64,000 bases of DNA from a virus. How positions within the stretch are numbered: the first letter of the stretch is position 1; each line of letters opens with the position of its first letter. Below, piece by piece: positions 47,407-54,969 of this stretch. The stretch spans positions 1 through 64,000 of the IMG/VR virus record IMGVR_UViG_3300044729_002487. One strand, 5' to 3'. The notes beneath the pieces are model-generated. The model made no database searches, was not told the DNA's origin, and saw nothing but the letters and a program-made list of their open reading frames with translations. Both the position numbers and the translations under genes were made by a program.

Positions 47407-48576
47407 ATGGCAGTTAACATTCCTATATGGCCCGGCTCATCAAGCTTTTTTCCTGGCGAAACTCCGTTTGGAATATATGACCACGACTATGATTTTCAGA
47501 TCGACGTTGATAAAGTATCTGATTGGTGTGCAAAACGCCTAGGTTATCCTATATCTGAAATTGAATTACAGGATGTTAATTTCTATACATGTTTCGAAGA
47601 AGCAATTTCAGAATACGGTGCACAATTAAATACATATAATATACGAGATAATATGTTGAATCTATATGGTTCAGCAACCGGATCAGGTATCAATTTATCA
47701 GGACAAAAAGTATCTCCATCAATGGGTGGAATGATTGAGTTAGCTGAAGAATATGGAACAGAAGCAGGTTCGGGCGGTAATGTAACATATTATACTGGTA
47801 GTATTACTGTACAAGCTGGAAAGCAAATTTATGATTTAACAGATCCTAACATTGTTAAATTAGAGTCAGGTGTTGCAGGAGTAGATGCAATTGAAATAAA
47901 ACGAGTATATCATGACCCACCTCCAGCATTGGCTCGATTCTTTGATCCATTTATCGGTACCGGTATTGGTACTCAGCAAATGTTAGATGCATTTGGATTT
48001 GGTTCATATTCACCAGGCGTATCATTTATGATGATGCCAGTATTTGCTGATATGTTACGTTTACAGGCAATTGAAATAAATGATGTTGTACGTAGATCGG
48101 CTTGGTCATTTGAAATGTCTAAAAATAGAATTAAAATATTTCCAATACCTAATGCAGTACAGTTTACAAAAATCTGGTTTGAATATGTTAAAAAGGCAGA
48201 ACGTAACAATCCATTGAAATCACCTACCGGTACTGTATCCGATTTTTCAAATATACCATACCAAAACATAACTTATAGTCATGTCAATGCAGTAGGTAGA
48301 CAATGGATCCGTAGATATACATTAGCATTATCAAAAGAAATGTTAGGATGGGTACGAAGCAAGTATTCATCTTTACCGATACCAAATGCTGAAATAACAT
48401 TAAATGGTTCTGATCTAGTATCAGGAGCTCAAACGGATAAAGAAGCACTTATAACTGAACTCAAAGAAATATTGGATTCAATGTCTAGACAAGCTCAGTT
48501 AGAAAGAAAGCAAGCAGAAGCCGATGCGTTATCTATGCAGTTAAGCAAGATACCATTGAAAATTTACATTGCATAA
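47407..48576 (+). CDS. neck / head-tail adaptor protein (gp13-like)
   Basis: RLGYPISEIEL..WIRRYTLALSKEMLG.VRSKY..P..EITLNG. Confidence 0.75.
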   Translation: MAVNIPIWPGSSSFFPGETPFGIYDHDYDFQIDVDKVSDWCAKRLGYPISEIELQDVNFYTCFEEAISEYGAQLNTYNIRDNMLNLYGSATGSGINLSGQKVSPSMGGMIELAEEYGTEAGSGGNVTYYTGSITVQAGKQIYDLTDPNIVKLESGVAGVDAIEIKRVYHDPPPALARFFDPFIGTGIGTQQMLDAFGFGSYSPGVSFMMMPVFADMLRLQAIEINDVVRRSAWSFEMSKNRIKIFPIPNAVQFTKIWFEYVKKAERNNPLKSPTGTVSDFSNIPYQNITYSHVNAVGRQWIRRYTLALSKEMLGWVRSKYSSLPIPNAEITLNGSDLVSGAQTDKEALITELKEILDSMSRQAQLERKQAEADALSMQLSKIPLKIYIA

Positions 48577-48595
48577 TTTTATATAGGACACTACC

Positions 48596-49132
48596 ATGGC
48601 TTTATTCGGTTCAGCGCGAGATGCATCAATGATTCGGTCAATCAACCGAGAGCTTATCAATCGTTATATTGATATGGAAGTTGGTTTCTATAAACTAAAC
48701 CTACAAGCTACTAACACAAACATATACGATGAATCTGATAACAAAGTTTATTATGATCTAATTCGTATCAATGCTATCATATTAAAAGATACAAAAACAA
48801 CTCAATCAGATGATTATGGTATTGATTATATACGTAATGGTACATTTGCATTTTTACGTGATGATTTAATTCCTAGAAGCATAGTAATTGAAGTCGGTGA
48901 TATCATTGAATATGATGGTGAATATTTTGAAGTTGATAACACATCATCTACCCAGTATTTCCGTGGTACCAATCCAGAACAAGACTTAGGTTACGATTTA
49001 GGATTGCGTGCAGAGTTTGGTTGGCCAGTTTCGGTTGTAGTAGATACACATGTAACCAGAAAGAATCGATTGAACATTCAGTCGTTCCGAAGTGGTATTA
49101 ATAAACCAAATAATATACCAAGGAACTTATGA
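48596..49132 (+). CDS. neck / head closure protein (gp14-like)
   Basis: Follows the gp13-like gene; TNIYDE, EVGDII.YDGEYFEV. Confidence 0.6.
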   Translation: MALFGSARDASMIRSINRELINRYIDMEVGFYKLNLQATNTNIYDESDNKVYYDLIRINAIILKDTKTTQSDDYGIDYIRNGTFAFLRDDLIPRSIVIEVGDIIEYDGEYFEVDNTSSTQYFRGTNPEQDLGYDLGLRAEFGWPVSVVVDTHVTRKNRLNIQSFRSGINKPNNIPRNL

Positions 49133-49977
49133 GTGAAATAGAAAGAAATAGAGATTTTAAAAGGTCGTATAGTACGTTTACGGATAACAAAGATTTATTC
49201 GCGAATACTACCAAACGTAATGTGGACCAAATCCGAAGGGATGACGATGTCGTAAAGACACCGAAATGTACTATTATAGATATAGACTTTGCGATTATGT
49301 CTTATATTAGGGAAACTATACAACCACAGATCATTGAGAATAACGCAGTTGTTGATGTGCCTGTATTTTATGCAAATGGTGAGAAATGGGCTCAATTCCA
49401 AAAACGTGGTTACATGTTAGATGACCGCGGGAAGGCAATGACTCCTTATATTGGTATACGTAGAAATTCGATGACAGACCGTGCTACTCTTAAAACATTA
49501 GCAGTTAATCGCCAGCCGGCTGGAAATGAATATGTATTTCGTAATAAATTTACTAAACGAAATAAGTATGACAGATTTTCTTTGTTACAAGGTATACAGC
49601 CGAGTCGAGAATATTATATAGCACCTGTACCGGAATTTGTAGATGTATCATATGACTTATTAATATGGACGGAATACATTGATCAATTGAATTCTATTAT
49701 AGAACAGATAATGCCGTTAAATGGATTTGCATGGGGAACTACTTGGAAATTTCCAACCTTCATATCTGACTATACATTTGAAAATGTAAATACTATCGGC
49801 GATGATCGAGTGGTAAGAGCATCATTGCCATTAACTGTTAAAGGTACAATGTTAATGCCATATGAATTGCGAGTATCAAATCTACGTAAACAATATGCAG
49901 TTAAAAAGGTATCATTCGGAAATGAGATTATTTCATTTAATGTTAATATAACAGACCCTCCTCCCGGCGGTTATTAG
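49129..49977 (+). CDS. tail terminator / sheath stabiliser (gp15-like)
   Basis: VPVFYANGEKW..P..VDVSYDLLIWT..QLNSIIEQI; lies just before the sheath gene. Confidence 0.65.
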   Translation: MSEIERNRDFKRSYSTFTDNKDLFANTTKRNVDQIRRDDDVVKTPKCTIIDIDFAIMSYIRETIQPQIIENNAVVDVPVFYANGEKWAQFQKRGYMLDDRGKAMTPYIGIRRNSMTDRATLKTLAVNRQPAGNEYVFRNKFTKRNKYDRFSLLQGIQPSREYYIAPVPEFVDVSYDLLIWTEYIDQLNSIIEQIMPLNGFAWGTTWKFPTFISDYTFENVNTIGDDRVVRASLPLTVKGTMLMPYELRVSNLRKQYAVKKVSFGNEIISFNVNITDPPPGGY

Positions 49978-50016
49978 TATTAAATGTATATTTATATTAA
50001 ATAAAAAGGAAAAGTT

Positions 50017-50289
50017 ATGTCAGAAAAACATGTTATCGATCAGGAATTTCTAACGCAGATCAATCAATTACGTGAAACCAGTACTGAGTTAATTTACGAG
50101 TTAGGTCAAATTGAAATGGAATTGATTGCCACGGAACAGCGACTCGAAGATTTGCATAAAGCAAAAGCTGCTGCTGTTAGCGAGTATAAACAACTGCAAG
50201 TTAATGAAACAGAACTAGTAAAACAATTATCGGACAAATATGGTACCGGTACACTAAATATCGAGTCGGGCGAATTTGTTGAATCTTAA
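50017..50289 (+). CDS. small coiled-coil protein
   Basis: ELGQIE..LSDKYGTGTLNIESGEF; ATATTTAT and AAAGGA upstream. Confidence 0.5.
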   Translation: MSEKHVIDQEFLTQINQLRETSTELIYELGQIEMELIATEQRLEDLHKAKAAAVSEYKQLQVNETELVKQLSDKYGTGTLNIESGEFVES

Positions 50290-50352
50290 TGCATGTTTGG
50301 CTCCGTTAACTGATATTTATATGTAGATAAACAATTAATAAGGAGCAAACTA

Positions 50353-52098
50353 ATGGCTGAAAGAATAGTATCACCCGGGGTGTTTACAAACGAAGTCGAT
50401 CAATCGTTTTTACCTGCTGGTGTCGCTGCAATTGGAGCTGCCGTTATCGGACCAACTGCAAAAGGACCTGCCGGGATTCCTACTATAGTAACAAGCTACT
50501 CTGATTTTGTACAAAAATTTGGTGGTGTAATTACTAGTGGTTCCGGAGCAGCGCAAAAAAATTACAAATACTTGACTAATTATATGGCTCAAGAATATCT
50601 GAAGTATGCAGATACATTGACCGTTGTTAGGATTTTGGCTGGTAATTATGAACCAGCATCTGCGAATGTTAGGACATTTGCAACAGCATCACAGCAGTCA
50701 TTTAGATTGTATACATTATCAGATGGAGCTGACCAAAACAGTAACGGTGCAGAAGGTACAAATAATACATTGGTTAACGGTACTGTAAACAATTTACGAT
50801 GGGAAGTATCAAATGTTAATACTACAAGAGGTACATTTACATTGTTAGTTCGTCGCGGTGATGATACAAGTAAAAGAAAAATTGTTCTTGAACAGTATAA
50901 TAACTTAACATTAGATCCAAACTCAAGTAATTACATTGCAAAAGTAATTGGTGACCAAGTTTATACATTGAGAGATTCTGCTACGACAGATCCATTCTTG
51001 CAATTATCAGGTTCATTTGCAAATCGTTCAAATTTAGTTCGTGTTGAAGTATTAAAGACTACATATAACTATTTAGATGCAAATGGTAACATTCGTGATA
51101 ATGCATTATCTGCATCATTACCAGCAGCCGTATCCGGAACATTTGCAGGCGGTTCAGATGGTACTGTAGCTCATCCTAAAAGATTTTATGATGAAATTAC
51201 TAATACAAATACACAAGGATTTAACTTAGGTGTATCTGGTGCTAAAAATGCTTATGAAGATGCTATCTATTTATTAAGAAACCAAGATGAGTATGATATT
51301 AACTTATTGGCATTACCAGGATTAGTTGATAATTATGCAAACCATGCGGCTGTACTTACTACTGCATTAAATGCTTTAGAATCTAGAGCTGATGCATTCT
51401 TATTAATAGATCCAGTTGAATATGGAGCATCTATTGGGCAAGCAACTGCAAAGGCAGAAGCTCGTGATACTAATTATGCTGCTGTATATTGGCCATGGGT
51501 TAAAATTCCAGATGCAGATTTAGGACGTAATGTTTGGGTTCCGGCATCTACTTTGATTCCAAGTGTGTATGCATTTAATGACCGAGTAGCTGCTCCATGG
51601 TATGCTCCTGCTGGTTTAAATCGTGGTGCATTGGATATCGCTGTTCAAACAGAAAGAAAATTGACTCAATCAAACCGTGATACATTGTATGAAAAGGCTG
51701 TGAATCCTATTGCAACTTTCCCTAATGCAGGTGTTGTTGTATACGGGCAAAAAACATTGCAGAAAAAAGCTTCTGCATTGGATCGTGTTAACGTAAGACG
51801 TTTATTGATTGCTGCTAAGAAATTTGTTGCATCTGCTACTAAGTTCCTTGTATTTGAAAACAATACTGCGGCTACGAGAAACAGATTCTTATCAATCGTT
51901 AATCCATATTTTGAATCAGTACAGCAACGTCAAGGTTTGTATGCGTTCAAAGTAGTTATGGATGAGACTAATAATACACCGGATGTAATTGACCGAAATG
52001 AGATGAGGGGAGCTATTTATTTGCAACCTGCTAAGACAGCTGAATTCATTATCATTGATTTCAATATCTTACCTACCGGAGCATCGTTCCCAGAATAG
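50353..52098 (+). CDS. gp18: tail sheath protein (gp18-like)
   Basis: SPGVFTNEVD, YWPW, WYAPAGLNRG, VNPI, GQKTL, DRVNVRRLL, PAKTAEFI. Confidence 0.96.
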   Translation: MAERIVSPGVFTNEVDQSFLPAGVAAIGAAVIGPTAKGPAGIPTIVTSYSDFVQKFGGVITSGSGAAQKNYKYLTNYMAQEYLKYADTLTVVRILAGNYEPASANVRTFATASQQSFRLYTLSDGADQNSNGAEGTNNTLVNGTVNNLRWEVSNVNTTRGTFTLLVRRGDDTSKRKIVLEQYNNLTLDPNSSNYIAKVIGDQVYTLRDSATTDPFLQLSGSFANRSNLVRVEVLKTTYNYLDANGNIRDNALSASLPAAVSGTFAGGSDGTVAHPKRFYDEITNTNTQGFNLGVSGAKNAYEDAIYLLRNQDEYDINLLALPGLVDNYANHAAVLTTALNALESRADAFLLIDPVEYGASIGQATAKAEARDTNYAAVYWPWVKIPDADLGRNVWVPASTLIPSVYAFNDRVAAPWYAPAGLNRGALDIAVQTERKLTQSNRDTLYEKAVNPIATFPNAGVVVYGQKTLQKKASALDRVNVRRLLIAAKKFVASATKFLVFENNTAATRNRFLSIVNPYFESVQQRQGLYAFKVVMDETNNTPDVIDRNEMRGAIYLQPAKTAEFIIIDFNILPTGASFPE

Positions 52099-52142
52099 TA
52101 GCGAGGACATATTTATAATAAATTATTAAAGGAGTAGAAAAG

Positions 52143-52631
52143 ATGGCAGAATTACTTGACCCAACCGAGATATTTTATACGGCATATGAACCTAAAATGT
52201 CAAACCGGTTCATTATGTATATCGAGGGTATTCCGTCTTACCTCGTGAAAGCTGCTTCGAGACCGTCGATCGATCAAGGTGAGGTTGTATTAGACCACAT
52301 CAACGTTGAAAGAAAGTTGAAAGGTAAATCTAGATGGCAAGACGTAACCGTATCATTATACGACCCAGTCGTACCATCAGGAGCGCAAGCGGTAATGGAA
52401 TGGGTTCGTTTACATCACGAATCAGTAACAGGTCGAGATGGATATTCAGATTTCTATAAAAAGGATATTACATTTAACACTTTAGGTCCTGTAGGTGATA
52501 AAGTTGAAGAGTGGACATTGAAAGGTGCATTTATTTCATCAGCGACGTTTGGTGATTTAGATTGGTCTTCAGAAGATCCATTGATGATTGAACTTACATT
52601 GAAATACGATTACGCAATTCTTCAATTCTAA
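52143..52631 (+). CDS. gp19: tail tube protein (gp19-like)
   Basis: Follows the sheath; KGKSRWQDVTVSLYD, WTLKGAF, LTLKYD. Confidence 0.9.
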   Translation: MAELLDPTEIFYTAYEPKMSNRFIMYIEGIPSYLVKAASRPSIDQGEVVLDHINVERKLKGKSRWQDVTVSLYDPVVPSGAQAVMEWVRLHHESVTGRDGYSDFYKKDITFNTLGPVGDKVEEWTLKGAFISSATFGDLDWSSEDPLMIELTLKYDYAILQF

Positions 52632-52670
52632 TTGTATTTGGATTGGGGTGACCCTGGTCGAAAAATTAAA

Positions 52671-52695
52671 GCCTTTCTTCGGAAGGGCTTTTTTT
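52671..52695 (+). terminator. intrinsic terminator after tail tube
   Basis: GCCTTTC-TTCG-GAAGGGC followed by T7; cUUCGg loop. Confidence 0.9.
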
Positions 52696-52730
52696 ATGTT
52701 CAAATATTTATATTAAATAAAGGATTTAAA

Positions 52731-53060
52731 ATGACTGAAAAAGAATTAAGACGCATTATTCGAGAAGAAGTTAAAAGAAAATTATTATCAGAAGCCGATG
52801 TAATTCCTGTTGGACCAGATGGTCAAGAAATTAGCGATCCTAAGGTTATTAAAAATCTTAACATGGCATTAAAAGCAATTGGCGGAAACATTCGTGGAAA
52901 AATCATTGATATGATTGAAGATCCGACAGCCGTGAAAGATCTTTCGAATACATCTCAAAAAGCAGCGGTAATGGCGGCTATGGCAATTGCCTTTGGTATT
53001 ACCGGAAAAGAATTTGCGCAGATAGTATCAAAAATAAAAGCAATACTACCAGCTGAATAA
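52731..53060 (+). CDS. hypothetical, probable internal head protein (true start 52731)
   Basis: MTEKELRRIIREEVKRKLLSE leader; ATG follows the terminator, ATATTTAT and AAAGGA. Confidence 0.55.
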   Translation: MTEKELRRIIREEVKRKLLSEADVIPVGPDGQEISDPKVIKNLNMALKAIGGNIRGKIIDMIEDPTAVKDLSNTSQKAAVMAAMAIAFGITGKEFAQIVSKIKAILPAE

Positions 53061-53506
53061 TGATTAAGTTGAAATCTATATTGTCTGAAATTTTGCTCGA
53101 ATCAGAGTTAACGACATATGGCGATTTAAAACAGCTTATTAAAATGATTAAATTAAAACAAAAAGGTGGTACGATTGTATCAAAAGGCGTAGAAGTAGGC
53201 GTTGATACACTACTAGGATTTTTACCAGGTGCAAATTCAGCAAAAACGTTTTATGATTTTTTTAAAGCAGCTACAAAGAAACCGGATACTAAAAAAACTA
53301 AAACATGGTTAGATAATTTAGATATTGATGATCAGGTTTCTGCTATTGTAGATGACACTGTAGAAAATGGATTTCTTCAAGATTTAGCAGCATCTATAGA
53401 AAGTGAATCAGATACTAAAGAGTTAGAACCTGATTTTAATATGAACAAAAAGCTTCAGGATTACCTAGCAGACAAATATGATAAACGTACAGTTACGATG
53501 AAATAG
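53060..53506 (+). CDS. hypothetical, probable internal head protein
   Basis: MIKLKSILSEILLE leader; TAATG coupling. Confidence 0.45.
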   Translation: MIKLKSILSEILLESELTTYGDLKQLIKMIKLKQKGGTIVSKGVEVGVDTLLGFLPGANSAKTFYDFFKAATKKPDTKKTKTWLDNLDIDDQVSAIVDDTVENGFLQDLAASIESESDTKELEPDFNMNKKLQDYLADKYDKRTVTMK

Positions 53507-53588
53507 ATTAGTAAATAAAATTTATCTTATTATATGAATATCTGGTCTGCGTTATATTTATATTAAATAAAAGTTATAAAGGAGAAAT

Positions 53589-54461
53589 ATGTCTACGACA
53601 CTTAATGATGATTACCCTAAAAAGAATGTTGAATTGTCCGATGCTGCTTTAAAGGCAAAGGCAATTGCACAATTCGAAGCACAACAGGTAATCGATAAAG
53701 TACAACCACAAACAAGTAAATTTCCAACGGAAATTATTCAATTGCCATCTAAAGGAAAATTTTATCCTGAAGGACATCCTTTAAGATCTGGTACTATTGA
53801 AATGAAATATATGACCGCAAAAGAAGAAGATATTCTTACTAACCAATCATATATTAAACAAGGTGTTGTATTAGATAAATTGTTTAAATCATTAATTGTA
53901 ACTCCATTTGATTATAACGACCTGCTTGTAGGTGATAAAAATGCTGTAATGATTGCAGCACGAGTATTAGGTTATGGTAAGGATTATGACGTTGAAGTAG
54001 TTGCTCCGTCAGGTGTTAAACAAAAAGTACACGTCGATCTAACTCAATTAGAGGATAAAGAAATTGATTGGGAAGCAGCAGATAATGGTGATTCATATTA
54101 TGAACTAGAATTACCAGCGTCAAAACGTACAGTAACAGTTCAATTAGTTACTCAAGGAATGCAGCGTAAGATTGATGAGGAAATGAAAGCCTTAACAAAA
54201 ATCAAAAAAGATGCAACTGTTACTACTATGTTAAAACATCTTATTTCTTCAATTGATAGTGATACTGATCCTAAAGCTATACGTCATTTTGTTGATAATG
54301 AATTGTTTGCAATTGATTCTCGATATATTCGAAATGAGCTAAAAAAAATTACTCCTGATATTAATTTAGAGATCGATTGTATCGACGAGGAGACAGGAGA
54401 ACCCTTTCGTTGTCCCGTTACCATCGGATTGGACTTTTTTTGGCCTGACTCAAAAGTATAG
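53589..54461 (+). CDS. tail/baseplate hub assembly chaperone (T4 gp26-like)
   Basis: LPSKGKFYP, MTAKEEDIL, GDKNAVMIAAR..YG, ends in LDFFWP; lies between tube and tape measure. Confidence 0.75.
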   Translation: MSTTLNDDYPKKNVELSDAALKAKAIAQFEAQQVIDKVQPQTSKFPTEIIQLPSKGKFYPEGHPLRSGTIEMKYMTAKEEDILTNQSYIKQGVVLDKLFKSLIVTPFDYNDLLVGDKNAVMIAARVLGYGKDYDVEVVAPSGVKQKVHVDLTQLEDKEIDWEAADNGDSYYELELPASKRTVTVQLVTQGMQRKIDEEMKALTKIKKDATVTTMLKHLISSIDSDTDPKAIRHFVDNELFAIDSRYIRNELKKITPDINLEIDCIDEETGEPFRCPVTIGLDFFWPDSKV

Positions 54462-54669
54462 GTTAAATGTATATGACCAGATATTTGATCTGGTTTATTA
54501 TGGAAAAGGTTTTTCATATTCGGACGTAACGGAAATGCCTGTATATCTTCGTGTATACTATATTAACAAGATAAACAAAATTTTCAAAGATCGTAATAAA
54601 GCCCAGGAAAAGGCTAATAGACAAGCACAAGTATCTAAGAAGGCATCACCACCTAAATTTCGTAGATAG
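54436..54669 (+). CDS. gp51/gpT-like chaperone extension, probably reached by frameshift
   Basis: 77-codon +1 frame ORF FFGLTQKYRLNVYDQIFDLVYYGKGFSYSDVTEMPVYLRVYYI..; begins in a T7 run and has no ATG/GTG/TTG before 54535. Confidence 0.65.
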   Translation, partial: FFGLTQKYRLNVYDQIFDLVYYGKGFSYSDVTEMPVYLRVYYINKINKIFKDRNKAQEKANRQAQVSKKASPPKFRR

Positions 54670-54698
54670 TCATATTTATTAAAAAGAAAAGGTAAAGT

Positions 54699-54968
54699 AT
54701 GACTCATGATAAATTTGAATCAAAGCTTCTTAAACAGATTAATTCAATTGACCAAATCGATGAAGGATTAGGTTCTACTATTCTCAATTTATTATTTGGT
54801 GGTAAATTTAAAAAAACTTTACAAACAATTTCACGCGAAGAAGATGATTTTCCGGAATATCAAGCAGCTTTAGCAGACTTTCATACAAATCTACAAAATT
54901 TAGAGAAATTACAAGCTCGTATGAATAAACAGGTGAAGGCATTAAATAAAGCTAATAAACGTAAATAA
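54699..54968 (+). CDS. hypothetical protein
   Basis: ATATTTAT and AAGG upstream; immediately precedes the tape measure gene. Confidence 0.45.
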   Translation: MTHDKFESKLLKQINSIDQIDEGLGSTILNLLFGGKFKKTLQTISREEDDFPEYQAALADFHTNLQNLEKLQARMNKQVKALNKANKRK

Positions 54969-54969
54969 A

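Larger units (their letters stand above)
4197..54679 (+). promoter_or_regulatory. dispersed late-promoter-like motif ATATTTAT (span covers the copies, not one continuous element)
   Basis: Intergenic or gene-boundary copies at 4197, 9111, 12862, 17478, 22296, 25189, 28591, 30177, 32106, 39670, 40607, 42007, 44855, 47384, 49988, 50313, 52109, 52704, 53554 and 54672, each shortly upstream of a + strand start. Confidence 0.8.

Noticed and set aside
52632-52730. Upstream start for the 142-aa ORF
   Set aside because: It crosses the tube terminator; ATATTTAT and AAAGGA support ATG 52731
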